This document shows, one piece after another, positions 44,464-54,646 of a stretch of 64,000 bases of DNA. This DNA is from Spirochaetia bacterium. Its GTDB lineage: Bacteria > Spirochaetota > Spirochaetia > SZUA-6 > Bin103. The stretch is taken from NCBI GenBank assembly GCA_965203515.1, contig OZ241907.1:3456001-3520000 (forward strand), written 5' to 3'. Below the pieces are notes generated by a model that worked only from the letters and a program-made list of their open reading frames with translations, did no database searches and was not told the DNA's origin. Positions within the stretch are counted from its first letter, which is position 1, and every line of letters starts with the position of its first letter. Made by a program: the position numbers and the translations under genes.

Positions 44464-45727
44464 TCAGGATAGCCGAACGCCGCGCGCCGGTCTATCACCG
44501 GCGGCGTCGCAGTCGCCTTCATACGGTTCGGATGCTCTGAAGTACCTGTGAAAGTCAGCGTTCTCCAGGCGTCCTTCAATCCATTCCCGCCGGGAGGCGA
44601 TGAAGCGGATCACCCTCATGATGTCGTCGTTCCATCCGGCATGCGCCAACCTGATGACGTACTCGATCAGGTGCCTCTCGTTCCACACCGTCGCCAGCAG
44701 GCGCCGCATGGTGGCCTTGTAGGCTTCCACGTGAGCCGGGAACAGCGCGCGCGCCAACGCTCCACGCATCCCCATCACCGGTCCTTTGGCAGTCTGGAAT
44801 GCTTGATCAGGTCCCCATGGAATGAATACCAGACCGGCGGCGCTTTCGTGAAAGTAGTAGTTGTTGATGCCGTAGGTGTAGTTGTCGTGCGTGTTCGTCA
44901 GGCTTTCCAATGCCCAGAACGTCAGGAACCGGTCCACGTCGATCAGCTTCTCCAAAGCTGCGCGATCACCCTCCGCGATGGCGTCCGTAACCTTCTCGAT
45001 GTATCCGAGACCGGGGTTCTTGGTCGTCTTCTTCTCGAACGTACCGGTGAGCTCAGGCAAGAAGTCGCTGAACGTCCCTTCATACAGGTTGCCGGCGCCG
45101 TGCCAGGCGCGCTTGAAGTAGTCGGTCTTCATATCTTCGACGTTCACGTAAACGCCAAGATCGGCGCCGTTCACGGTGACGCGCGCGAAGTTGCACAGGG
45201 GGGTGGGGATGCCGGCGCGGCGGTACACCTCATACGTCAAGCAGGTGTTCACCATGGATTCATCCTGGATGCTGTTGTTGAGCGTCAGTCTGGTAGCGCC
45301 GCCGTGGTCCTGCTCGATGTACTTGTCCAGCCGCAGCTTGAGCGCAGGCTTGGTGGCGGACAGCGAACCGTAGAAACCTTTTTTTGCGAATCCGGGCGCG
45401 CTTGTACTCCTTGCCGTCGATGGACACCGTTGCCTCGAACCACTCGAACGGACTATCGAACGGCTCGCAAGACCAGTTTGAGACCGGTACCGAACTCCGA
45501 GCACCTACGTCATGCTGGCGGTCCTGTCGGCGCAATGCGTCCCAGTCGGCCACCGGCATCGCCACGTCGATCCGCACCAAGTGGTCGATGCTGCGCCAGT
45601 CCTTCATCACCGGCGGCGGGGCAGGAGGAGGTGGAGGAGACGCGATGCGCGGCTCCGGCGGCGCGACAGTTGTGCAGGCGGCCATCAGCGCCGCCATCAG
45701 CACGGCCACCAGCAGTTTCATCGTCAT
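44464..45727 (-). pseudogene. CotH-family kinase lipoprotein split by one extra base in an A7 run
   Basis: The 5' frame MTMKLLVAVLMAALMAA-C...RIRKK and the 3' frame GFYGSLSATKPALKL...LNNS...PWGPDQAF join if T7 at 45379-45385 is T6. The paralog at 33086 reads VRKKGFLGSLS. Confidence 0.85.
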
Positions 45728-45849
45728 ATCGGGTGCCGTTCTACTATGCACCCTGTCGGGCCGCAATGATCGGTGTCCGAGCGACTTCCGGTGGCTTGGC
45801 GGCGCCGGAGCCGGTAGGATCGGGCCCACCCACCGACAGAAGAGGGACA

Positions 45850-46653
45850 ATGAAGATCAAGCAGTCCATAGCGTTCCCGATCTTCGGGACGGCCGACCTT
45901 TCGCTGGCCGATCTGTGCCGGCAGGCGGCGCGGATCGGCTACGCGGCGATCGAGATGTGGGGGCGCCGCGGCGGCGGCGCGGCCGGCGACGACGACTTCG
46001 ACGAGGTCGTGGCGACCGCGCGCCGGCACGGGCTGCGGATGGTGAGCATGGGCGGTCACGGGACGCTGGAGAACGGCTGCAACGACCCGGCCAACCACGA
46101 CCGCATCGTCGGCGAGCTCGCGGCATCGATCGAGCTGGCGGCAGCCGGCGGCGTGCCGAACGTGATCGCCTTCGCCGGCAACCGACTCGACGGCCAGAGC
46201 GACCTGGAGGGTATGGTCGAATGCGCGCGCGTGCTGCGCCGCGCGGCGCCGATCGCCGAGGAGGCCGGCGTCAACGTCAACGTCGAGCTGCTCAACTCGC
46301 GGGTCGATCACGCCGGCTACCTGGGCGATCACACCGACTGGGGCATCGCGCTGTGCGAGATGGTCGCAAGTCCGCGCGTCAAGCTGCTGTTCGACATCTA
46401 TCACATGCAGATCATGGAAGGGGACGTGATCCGTTCCATCCGCCGCGCCCTGCCCCACGTCGGGCACTTTCATACGGCAGGCAACCCGGGCCGCCGCGAC
46501 CTGGACGACACTCAGGAGTTGAACTATCGCGGCATCTGCACCGCGATCGCCGCCACCGACTACGACGGTTACGTCGGTCACGAGTTCATACCGGCCGGAG
46601 CCATCGTGCCGGCCCTGCGACAGGCGTTCGACGTCTGCGACGTGGGCGACTGA
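45850..46653 (+). CDS. Hydroxypyruvate isomerase family TIM-barrel protein
   Basis: ELLNS..DH.GY, LLFDIYHMQIMEGD, HFHTAGNPGR, QELNY, GHEF. Confidence 0.92.
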   Translation: MKIKQSIAFPIFGTADLSLADLCRQAARIGYAAIEMWGRRGGGAAGDDDFDEVVATARRHGLRMVSMGGHGTLENGCNDPANHDRIVGELAASIELAAAGGVPNVIAFAGNRLDGQSDLEGMVECARVLRRAAPIAEEAGVNVNVELLNSRVDHAGYLGDHTDWGIALCEMVASPRVKLLFDIYHMQIMEGDVIRSIRRALPHVGHFHTAGNPGRRDLDDTQELNYRGICTAIAATDYDGYVGHEFIPAGAIVPALRQAFDVCDVGD

Positions 46654-46673
46654 CGCACCCGCGGCACCGATCG

Positions 46674-48431
46674 ATGAGCAGCGCGCATCCGCAGATACCC
46701 TACGGCTGGGCCGACTTCCGGACGATACGGCGCGAGCGCGCCCTGTACGTCGACAAGACCCGGTTTCTGCATGACCTGGAGCAGGAGCGGTACGCCTTTC
46801 TGATCCGTCCCCGCCGCTTCGGCAAGTCGTGCTGGGTGTCGCTGCTGGCGTACTATTACGACCGCACCCGTGCCGACAGCTTCGCCAGCATGTTCGCGGG
46901 CACCGACATCGGGCGCCGGCCGACGCCGAACCGCCACCGGTACGTCATCCTGCACTTTGACTTCTCCGCGTTCGACGACACCCTCGAGACGTTGCGCGAG
47001 CGGTTCGAGACCTACTGCTTCATCAAGCTGCGCGCCGCTCTGGAGCGCAACGCCGATCTGTTTTCCGAGACGGTGATCGAGCGCATCCTCGCTCATCCCT
47101 CCATCGACGGCCGGCTCGCCGAGCTGTTCGCCTACGCCGGCGAGCAGGACATTCCGCTGTACGTGCTGATCGACGAGTACGACAACTTCGCCAACACCAT
47201 ACTCGCCTGGCGGGGCGCGGAGGCGTACCACTCGTTCACCCATGGCGGCGGCTTCTACCGCAACTTCTTTGCCACCCTCAAGGCCGGCGCCGGCCATGGC
47301 GGCGGCCTGGAACGCCTGTTCGTCACGGGCGTCTCCCCCATCACCATGGACGACGTGACCAGCGGCTTCAACATCGGCGCCAACATCAGTCTGATGCCGG
47401 AGTTCAACGAGCTGCTCGGCTTCATCGAGGCGGAGGTGAGGCGCATCCTGGAGATATACCGGGACCACGGCGTGCTCGATCAGGACGTGGACGAGGCGAT
47501 GGCCGTGATGGGCGAATGGTACAATGGCTACCGGTTCGCCGCGGACGCCGCGAACGATCTCTACAACACCGACATGGTCCTCTACTACGTGAAGGGCTCC
47601 ATTCCCAACAGACCCGCACCGCGTGACCTGATCGATACCAACGTGCGGATCGACTACGGCAAGCTGCGCCACCTGCTGACGGTCAACCGGCGTCTCAACG
47701 GCAACTTCGACCTGCTGCGCCACGTCATCGGCGAAGGCTGGGTAGACAGCGAAATCACGAGCGGCTTCCCGCTGGAGCGGCTGCAGGAGCGGGAGAACTT
47801 CCTGTCCCTGCTGCACTTCTTCGGCCTGCTCAGCATCCGCGAAGTGCGCGCCGGCAGGCCCCGGCTGGGAGTACCGAACCAGACCGTCAAGCGCCTCATG
47901 TACGCCTTCCTGCGTGACGGCTACCGCGACGTGGACGTGTTCTCGGTCGACCTGTACACCTTCAGCCTCCTGGTGCACGAGATGGCCTGCCGGGGCGCCT
48001 GGCGGCCGGTGGTGGAGTTCCTGGCCGACGCCATCGCCCGCCAGAGCAGCGTCCGAGACTACATCGACGGAGAGAAGGTGATCTGCGGCTTTCTGGCGGC
48101 GTATCTGAGCTGCACCGATCACTTCGTGTTCCAGTCGGAGCGGGAGCTGGGCGGCGGCTACGCCGACATCTGCCTGGAGCCGCATCTGCAGCGCTACACC
48201 GAGATGCGCCACGGCTACGTGCTGGAGTTGAAGTACCTGGCCCGCAGGGAGGAGGCGAGCGAAGCGCGCGTAGCGCAGGCTGCGCGGCAGGCGGCGGCGC
48301 AGTTGCGCCGCTACCTCGCCGACGGGCGGCTTGAGCGGCAGTACCCGACGGTGCGCTTCACCGGGCTGGCGCTGGTGTTCCACGGATGGGAGCTGGTCCA
48401 CCGCGAGGCCGTAGCCGGACCACTGAAATGA
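46674..48431 (+). CDS. AAA-ATPase-like protein with C-terminal PD-(D/E)XK nuclease
   Basis: PYG..DF, YVDKT, RPRRFGKS, LIDEYDN, TGVSP, WYNGY, GYADI..VLELKY. Confidence 0.92.
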   Translation: MSSAHPQIPYGWADFRTIRRERALYVDKTRFLHDLEQERYAFLIRPRRFGKSCWVSLLAYYYDRTRADSFASMFAGTDIGRRPTPNRHRYVILHFDFSAFDDTLETLRERFETYCFIKLRAALERNADLFSETVIERILAHPSIDGRLAELFAYAGEQDIPLYVLIDEYDNFANTILAWRGAEAYHSFTHGGGFYRNFFATLKAGAGHGGGLERLFVTGVSPITMDDVTSGFNIGANISLMPEFNELLGFIEAEVRRILEIYRDHGVLDQDVDEAMAVMGEWYNGYRFAADAANDLYNTDMVLYYVKGSIPNRPAPRDLIDTNVRIDYGKLRHLLTVNRRLNGNFDLLRHVIGEGWVDSEITSGFPLERLQERENFLSLLHFFGLLSIREVRAGRPRLGVPNQTVKRLMYAFLRDGYRDVDVFSVDLYTFSLLVHEMACRGAWRPVVEFLADAIARQSSVRDYIDGEKVICGFLAAYLSCTDHFVFQSERELGGGYADICLEPHLQRYTEMRHGYVLELKYLARREEASEARVAQAARQAAAQLRRYLADGRLERQYPTVRFTGLALVFHGWELVHREAVAGPLK

Positions 48432-48457
48432 TGAATGATGACGATTGACCGATGGTG

Positions 48458-48595
48458 ATGGAACCGATCATACTCGACGACGAACGGCGTCGGTTCTTCG
48501 ACGAAAACGGCTATCTGGTCGTTTCCGGGGCGCTGCGGCCTGCGGAGACCGATGCGTTGACGGCTGCGGCGGATCATCGCGATCGATCGAGGTGA
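48458..48595 (+). pseudogene. N-terminal remnant of a phytanoyl-CoA dioxygenase (PhyH) family gene
   Basis: Hand translation MEPIILDDERRRFFDENGYLVVSGALRPAETDALTAAADHRDRSR* matches the typical PhyH start FxxNGYLVV and stops after 45 aa. Confidence 0.65.
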
Positions 48596-48601
48596 GGCGC
48601 C

Positions 48602-48991
48602 ATGGCTGATGTGCGCTCGCGCTCGCTACGACGGGGGCGGCTCGACACGCACGACTGGGCGTCCGAGGCGCTGCTGTGCATCTCCTGTCGGGAGGAGGTG
48701 ACCGGCGACCGGGCGCGCATCGACGTGGCCGGCGCGCATCGGCACGATTTTTTCAACCCGCAGCGCATCCACTACGCAGTCGCCTGCTTCGCGCCGGCCC
48801 ACGGCTGCCGAGCGGTGGGCGAGCAGACCGATCGCTTCACGTGGTTCGCCGGCTACTCATGGGCGATCGCCCTGTGCCGGCGGTGCGGCATGCATCTGGG
48901 CTGGCGGTTCGTATCGGCCGGCGGCGGGCACCGCTTCTTCGGGCTGATCGAGTCGCGGCTGGTGCGGCTGGGCCAGGGCTGGGCGAACTGA
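48602..48991 (+). CDS. Cereblon-like (CULT domain) protein
   Basis: CISC...CRRC Zn pairs, FFNP, FTWFAGYSW, HLGWRF, FFGLI. Confidence 0.88.
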   Translation: MADVRSRSLRRGRLDTHDWASEALLCISCREEVTGDRARIDVAGAHRHDFFNPQRIHYAVACFAPAHGCRAVGEQTDRFTWFAGYSWAIALCRRCGMHLGWRFVSAGGGHRFFGLIESRLVRLGQGWAN

Positions 48992-49002
48992 GCCAGGCCA
49001 GC

Positions 49003-50412
49003 TCACCCATCTGCCGCCGCCAGAGCGGTCAGGCGCGCGCGGTCGGGTTTGCCGGTCGGGGTGACGGCGCCGGCCGGCATCGGCAGGTAGCGCACCGGGT
49101 GCTTGAAGCGCGGCAGCCGCTCGGCAAGCAGCGCCTTGAGCTCGTCTGCCGTCGGCCGGCCGTCGGCCGGCTCGACGAACGCCACCGGGCGGGAGCCGAA
49201 CTCCGGGTCGGGGGAGGGCACCACGACGGCGACGGCTACCGCCGGATGCGCGCCAAGCGCATGCTCGATCTCCTGCGGATCGATGGTCTCGCCGCCCGAC
49301 GTGAACATGCCGTCGGCGCGGCCGCTGACGGTCAGGATGCCGCCGGCGTCGAGATGCCCGCAGTCGCCGGTGCGGAACCATCCGCCGGGGGCCAGCGGCG
49401 GCGGCTCCACGCCGGCGGCGCTCAGATAGCCGGCGAACAGCGTGTCGCCACCCACCTCGATCTGACCGCCGCGGATGCGGAGTCGCCGGTGCGGCAGCGC
49501 GCCGCCGCACGCGCCGGGCGGCAGATCGACGCCCGGCGCGGCGGTGGCCACCTGCGACGCCATCTCCGTGGAGCCGTAGGTGGGAAGCACCGGGATGCCG
49601 GCTGCCCGTGCGCGTTCCAGGAGACCCGGCGCCGCCGCCTGGCCGCCGACCAACACGCTGCGCAGGCCGCTGCGCCGGTCGGCCGGCACCTCGATCAGCC
49701 GCCGGAGCTGAGCCGGCACCACCGATAGCCGGGTCGCCTGCGGCAGCAGCTCCCACGAGTCGTCCGCGCCCCGGTCGAGGTTGCGAAAGGAGCCGGAGCG
49801 GGCGATGAGCGCCGTCGCTCCGGCCAGCAGGCAGCGGAACAGGATCGACAGCCCGGACACGTGGCTCAGCGGCAGCGCCACCAGCCAGCGGTCATCACGG
49901 TCGAGCGGCAGGTTGGCGGCGGAGCCGGCGGCGCTGCGCAGATGGTTCGCCAGCGTGTGGACGACCGCGCGCGGACGGCCGGTGGTGCCGGAGGTCAGGA
50001 GCGCGGTCGCCGGCGCGGCCGGGTCGACCGGGGCCGCCCGCGCGTCGCCGCTCGGCAGGTCCAGGTCGGCGCCGGTGAACGGCGGGCCGCAGCGCAGCTC
50101 GGCGCCCATGGCGCGGACGCGGGCCGCCGGCAGCAGCGGGCTCTGCAGCAATGGAAGCAGGCCGGCGCACCACGCACCGTAGAGGAATGCGGCCAGCACG
50201 GTGGTGTTCTCCGCCTGCACGGCGATCCGCGACCCCGGCGTCAGTCCGTAATCGCGGAACCGCTCCACCCAGCCGCCGGCCGCTTCGGCCAGCCGGCGGT
50301 AGCTGATCCCTTCGCCCGGGCGGTGCTCGGCGCCGGCCAGCGCGATCGACGCCCCGTGCGCGGCGAGCGACTCCATCAGGTCGATGCGTCCGGAGCTCAG
50401 GTGATCGACCAT
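49003..50412 (-). CDS. menE: o-succinylbenzoate-CoA ligase
   Basis: TSGTTGRP, YGSTEMASQ, FRTGD, SGGE, GK; lies in the men operon (alternative start 50376). Confidence 0.9.
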   Translation of the reverse strand: MVDHLSSGRIDLMESLAAHGASIALAGAEHRPGEGISYRRLAEAAGGWVERFRDYGLTPGSRIAVQAENTTVLAAFLYGAWCAGLLPLLQSPLLPAARVRAMGAELRCGPPFTGADLDLPSGDARAAPVDPAAPATALLTSGTTGRPRAVVHTLANHLRSAAGSAANLPLDRDDRWLVALPLSHVSGLSILFRCLLAGATALIARSGSFRNLDRGADDSWELLPQATRLSVVPAQLRRLIEVPADRRSGLRSVLVGGQAAAPGLLERARAAGIPVLPTYGSTEMASQVATAAPGVDLPPGACGGALPHRRLRIRGGQIEVGGDTLFAGYLSAAGVEPPPLAPGGWFRTGDCGHLDAGGILTVSGRADGMFTSGGETIDPQEIEHALGAHPAVAVAVVVPSPDPEFGSRPVAFVEPADGRPTADELKALLAERLPRFKHPVRYLPMPAGAVTPTGKPDRARLTALAAADG

Positions 50413-51287
50413 CCGATGCAGAACAGCAGCGCGTGGATCAGCATGGCGCGCGCCGTGCCGGCCAGGGCGTGGTTGAGCTCGGCCGGACGGCTCGGCCGCA
50501 TGACGATCACGATCCACGGAGCGGCGGCCACGATCGTCATCAGCGGCAGCGCGCCGGCCCACCGTCCGGCCGCGAACGCCAGCGCGGTCGGCGCCGCGGC
50601 TGCGCCGACGATGCAACCCAGGTACTCCGCGCGCGCGAAGCGGGCGCCCAGACGCACCGCCAGGGTGCGCTTGCCGGCGGCGCGGTCCGTGTCGACGTCG
50701 CGCAGGTTGTTGACGGTCAGGATCGCCGCCGCCAGCAGGCCGGGCCCGATGCCGGCGGCGATCGCCTCGGCCGGGGCGGCGCCGGCATGCAGGTAGTAGG
50801 TGGCGGCCGTGGCCACCGGTCCGAAGAAGACGAACGCCAGCAGGTCGCCAAGGCCCAGGTAGCCGAGCGGGCGGCGGCCCCCCGTGTACCCCAGACCGGC
50901 GGCGACCGACGCCGCCGCCACGATCAGGATCGGCCAGCCGCCGATCACCGCGGCGACGGCGCCCACCACGGCCGTCGCGCCGAAGACCGCGGCAACGCCG
51001 CGGCGGAGCTGCGCCGGCTGCAGCAGGCCGGCCTGCGCGGCTCGCCGCGGCCCGACCCGTTCGGCGGTATCGGCGCCGCGCGCGTGGTCGGCGTAGTCGT
51101 TGTGGAGGTTGGTGCCGACCTGGATCAGCAGCGCGCCGAGCAGCGCCAGCACGCCGGCCGCCCACGCGAAGCGGTCGTCCGCCGCCGCCATCACCGATCC
51201 GATCAGCACCGGCGCCACCGCGACCGGCAGCGTGCGGGGCCGCGCCGCCTCCAGCCAGACGCGGGCCGCTCCCGGCGTGCGCGCCAT
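50397..51287 (-). CDS. menA: 1,4-dihydroxy-2-naphthoate prenyltransferase
   Basis: ARPRTLP, NLHNDYAD, NNLRDVDTD..GKRTLAVRLG. Confidence 0.95.
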   Translation of the reverse strand: MARTPGAARVWLEAARPRTLPVAVAPVLIGSVMAAADDRFAWAAGVLALLGALLIQVGTNLHNDYADHARGADTAERVGPRRAAQAGLLQPAQLRRGVAAVFGATAVVGAVAAVIGGWPILIVAAASVAAGLGYTGGRRPLGYLGLGDLLAFVFFGPVATAATYYLHAGAAPAEAIAAGIGPGLLAAAILTVNNLRDVDTDRAAGKRTLAVRLGARFARAEYLGCIVGAAAAPTALAFAAGRWAGALPLMTIVAAAPWIVIVMRPSRPAELNHALAGTARAMLIHALLFCIGWSIT

Positions 51288-51298
51288 GCCGCCCGGCG

Positions 51299-52120
51299 CT
51301 AGGGGCGGCGCGGAAACCGGGCGAAGTCCGGCTGCCGCTTCTGCACGAAGGCGTCCCGTCCCTCCTGCGCCTCCTCGGTCTGGTAGTAGAGCATGGTCGC
51401 GGCGCCGGCCAGCTCCTGGAGGCCGGCCTGACCGTCGCAGTCGGCGTTGAACGCCGCCTTCAGGCAACGGATCGCGGTGGGCGAGTGGCGCAGGATCTGC
51501 CGGCACCAGCGCACCGTCTCCGCCTCCAGCTCGGCCAGCGGCACCACCGCGTTGACCAGACCCATCGCCAACGCCTCCTGCGCGTCGTAGCGGCGGCACA
51601 GGTACCAGAGCTCGCGCGCTTTCTTCTGGCCGACGATGCGCGCCAGATAGCTGGCGCCGAAGCCGCCGTCGAACGATCCGACCCGCGGGCCGGTCTGACC
51701 GAACACGGCGTTGTCGGCCGCGATCGTCAGGTCGCACATCACGTGCAGCACGTGCCCGCCGCCGATCGCGAAGCCGGCCACCATGGCGACGATCGGCAGC
51801 GGACAGCGGCGCATCTGCCGCTGGAACTCCAGGACGTTGAGCCGGTCGACGCCGCCCTGGTCGCGGTAGCCGGCGTGGCCGCGCACCTTCTGGTCGCCGC
51901 CGGAACAGAACGCCAAGTCGCCGGCGCCGGTCAGGATCACCACGCCGATGCCGCTGTCGTGCGTGGCGTCGCGCAGGGCGTCCGCCATCTCTTCCACCGT
52001 CAGCGGCGTGAAGGCGTTGCGCACGTGCGGCCGGTTGATGGTGATCTTGGCGATTCCCTCGGCCTTGTGAAACAGGATCTCGCCGTACGATCCGCATGCC
52101 GTCCAATCGATCTGGCTCAT
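51299..52120 (-). CDS. menB: 1,4-dihydroxy-2-naphthoyl-CoA synthase
   Basis: [32 protein letters not shown]. Confidence 0.97.
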   Translation of the reverse strand: MSQIDWTACGSYGEILFHKAEGIAKITINRPHVRNAFTPLTVEEMADALRDATHDSGIGVVILTGAGDLAFCSGGDQKVRGHAGYRDQGGVDRLNVLEFQRQMRRCPLPIVAMVAGFAIGGGHVLHVMCDLTIAADNAVFGQTGPRVGSFDGGFGASYLARIVGQKKARELWYLCRRYDAQEALAMGLVNAVVPLAELEAETVRWCRQILRHSPTAIRCLKAAFNADCDGQAGLQELAGAATMLYYQTEEAQEGRDAFVQKRQPDFARFPRRP

Positions 52121-52863
52121 GGGTCCGGGAACTCCTCATCGAGGAAGGTCGCCACCTGTGTAGCAAATTCGGTCGGCTTTTCACAGAGCACGGCATGGCC
52201 GCAGCCGGGCAGCAACCGGACGCGGATCGCGGCGTTCCGCTCGGCCATCCGCCGGGCGATGCTCACGTAGCGGCGGTCGAGCTCGCCGGCCACGACCAGG
52301 GTCGGTTGCCGCAACCCCGGCAACGCGTCCCAGAGCGACGGCAGGGCGCCGGTGCCGAGGTGGGTGAGCGCCGCCGCCCACGCGCCGGGGTCGATCTGCA
52401 TGCGGCGCGCCAGCATGGCGCGGTAGCACGGGTGCGAACGGACCGCAGCGAAGATCGGCTGAGCGTACCAGTCGTCCAGGAAGCCGCGCAGCGCTTCGGC
52501 GCCGGCACCTCCGCGCAGGCGTGCGGCCAGACGCGCGTCGGCGCGGCGCCGTTCGGCCCGCTCCCCGGCCGTGGCCAGCCCGGGCGAGCCGCAGGCCAGC
52601 ACGCCGGCGCGATAGCGCTCCGGGTCGCGCACGAGCAGATGGAGCGCCAGCCGCGCGCCCATCGAGTAGCCGATCAGCACCGCCGACTCCGGCACCGCTC
52701 GGCGGAGGGTCGTCTCCAGAGAAGCGAGCGTCGGATGATCGACCAGCGCCGGCGCGACGTACCGCAGGCGCCGGTCGAGCGTCACCGTGATCGGCGCCCA
52801 GTCGGCCGGGCTGCCCAGGAAGCCGTGCAGGAGCACCGCCGTCGGAGCCGGACCGGGGCTCAC
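52117..52863 (-). CDS. menH: SHCHC synthase (alpha/beta hydrolase)
   Basis: LHGFLGS, GYSMGAR, GELD, GH; sits between menD and menB. Confidence 0.9.
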   Translation of the reverse strand: MSPGPAPTAVLLHGFLGSPADWAPITVTLDRRLRYVAPALVDHPTLASLETTLRRAVPESAVLIGYSMGARLALHLLVRDPERYRAGVLACGSPGLATAGERAERRRADARLAARLRGGAGAEALRGFLDDWYAQPIFAAVRSHPCYRAMLARRMQIDPGAWAAALTHLGTGALPSLWDALPGLRQPTLVVAGELDRRYVSIARRMAERNAAIRVRLLPGCGHAVLCEKPTEFATQVATFLDEEFPDP

Positions 52864-54638
52864 CGGCCGCCCCGAACGAGCGTTTCGATGGCGGCGCCCG
52901 CCGTCGAGCGGAGCCGCCGGTGCATGGCCAGGTTCCGCTGCCGGTCGGTAGCGACCTCGATCAGCGCCGGCCGCCCGGCGGCGAAGCACCGCTGCAGCGC
53001 CTCGCGCGTCTGCGCGCGCGTCGCCGGCCGGTGGTAGTCCAGGTCGAACATCCGGCAGGCGTGCTCGAACCGAAAGCCGTGCGGGGCGCCGAAGCAGCGC
53101 TCGAACACGTCGTCCTGGGCGGTGAGGGCCGGCAGGAAGCTGAAGATGCCGCCGCCGTCGTTGTTGATCACCACCAGCACCACCGGCTGCGGCGCGCGCG
53201 CCAGCACCGCCAGCGATCCCAGGTCGTGCAGTACTGCCAGGTCGCCGGCCAGCGCGCCGACCGGCGTCTGCAGGCCGGCGGCGTATCCGGCTGCGGAAGC
53301 GACCGTGCCGTCGATGCCGCTGGCCCCGCGGTTCGCCCCCACGGCCAGCGGGCCGGTGCGGGAGAGCGCCGCCTCCGCGAAGGTGTCGAGGTCGCGGATC
53401 GGCATGCTGCTGCCGCCGAAGGCGCCCCAGCCGTCCGGCAGCAGCTCGATCAGGTCGGCGGCGACCGCCGGCTCGCTGGCCGCCGGTTCCGCGTCGAGCG
53501 CCGCCGCCACCGCCGCGCCCGCCGCCGCGCCGGCGTCGATCAGGTCGGCGGCGCCAGCGCCGGCACCGGCGCCGATCAGCTCGGCTTCGAGCGCGGCGCA
53601 GAAGCGGTCGGCCGCCGCCTGAACGCGGCCGGTCACCACGTGTTCGGGGTCGATGCGGCGCGGATGCTCAGCCACGTGGATGCAGGCGTTCGGCCGGCTC
53701 GAGCCGAGCAGCGTCAGGTACGCCTTGGAGGTGAGCCGGCCGCCCAGGTGCAGCACGACGTCCGGGGCCGGAAGCGTTTTGCCGGCGTGGTCCAGCACCA
53801 GATCGTGATGGCGGACGATCGGCGGCGCCGGCCGGTCGTCCGGCGCGAAGCGCAGCCCGGACTGGATGTCGGCGATCATCGGCCAACCCAGCGCCGCCGC
53901 GAGCGAGGCGATCGCCGAGCGGTCGGCCGTCGCCGGCAGCGGCCCGACCGCCAGCAGGCCGGCGGTGGCGCCGCGCACCGCGGCGGACGTCTCCGCGACC
54001 CCCTCCCGCGACGGTTCGGCCGGCGCCGCGGCGTAGGTCGTGTAGGGTCGGCCGTCGGAACGGCGGTCGTCGAAGCGCCGTTCGATCCCGTCCCCGCGAT
54101 CGTCGCCCAGAAGCGGCTCGGCGAACATGCAGTTCAGGTGGACCGCGGCCGCGGCGGTCCGGGCGCGGTGGACCGCCTGATCGACGGTGGTGAGCACCGC
54201 GGCCGGGTCGATCCGCGTGTCCGGTACCGGCACGTCGAAGCGCCACGCCACCGCGCGCCCGAACAGGTCGGGCTGGTCGATCGTCTGGTTGGCGCCGGTG
54301 TCGCGCAGCTCCGGCGGCCGGTCGGCGGTCAGCAGCAGCAGCGGCACGCCGCTCAGCGCCGCCTCGACCGCGGCGGGCAGCAGGTTGGCGGCCGCCGTGC
54401 CGGACGTGCAGATCACCGCCGTCGGAGCGCCGGCGGCGCGGGCCGCGTTCACCGCCTGGTATCCGGCCGCCCGCTCGTCGATGCAGATCGACACGGTCAG
54501 TCGGTCCGAGCGCGCGGCCGCCGCCGCCAACGGCGCGGAGCGGGCGCCGGGGCAGACCCAGGCGGAGCGACAGCCGCAACGGGTCAGCTCGTCGATGATC
54601 AGCTCACCCCACAGCCGGTTCCGCGTCGCCGCGGTCAC
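52860..54638 (-). CDS. menD: SEPHCHC synthase
   Basis: CPGARSAPL, DERAAG, CTSGTAAAN, TADRPPEL, NRGASGIDG, NNDGGGIF. Confidence 0.96.
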   Translation of the reverse strand: MTAATRNRLWGELIIDELTRCGCRSAWVCPGARSAPLAAAAARSDRLTVSICIDERAAGYQAVNAARAAGAPTAVICTSGTAAANLLPAAVEAALSGVPLLLLTADRPPELRDTGANQTIDQPDLFGRAVAWRFDVPVPDTRIDPAAVLTTVDQAVHRARTAAAAVHLNCMFAEPLLGDDRGDGIERRFDDRRSDGRPYTTYAAAPAEPSREGVAETSAAVRGATAGLLAVGPLPATADRSAIASLAAALGWPMIADIQSGLRFAPDDRPAPPIVRHHDLVLDHAGKTLPAPDVVLHLGGRLTSKAYLTLLGSSRPNACIHVAEHPRRIDPEHVVTGRVQAAADRFCAALEAELIGAGAGAGAADLIDAGAAAGAAVAAALDAEPAASEPAVAADLIELLPDGWGAFGGSSMPIRDLDTFAEAALSRTGPLAVGANRGASGIDGTVASAAGYAAGLQTPVGALAGDLAVLHDLGSLAVLARAPQPVVLVVINNDGGGIFSFLPALTAQDDVFERCFGAPHGFRFEHACRMFDLDYHRPATRAQTREALQRCFAAGRPALIEVATDRQRNLAMHRRLRSTAGAAIETLVRGGR

Positions 54639-54646
54639 GGGGGCGG

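Noticed and set aside
45376..45388. Programmed -1 ribosomal frameshift at an A-run followed by G in cotH
   Set aside because: Restoring the frame needs a +1 shift (loss of one A); a -1 shift would not join the two halves.
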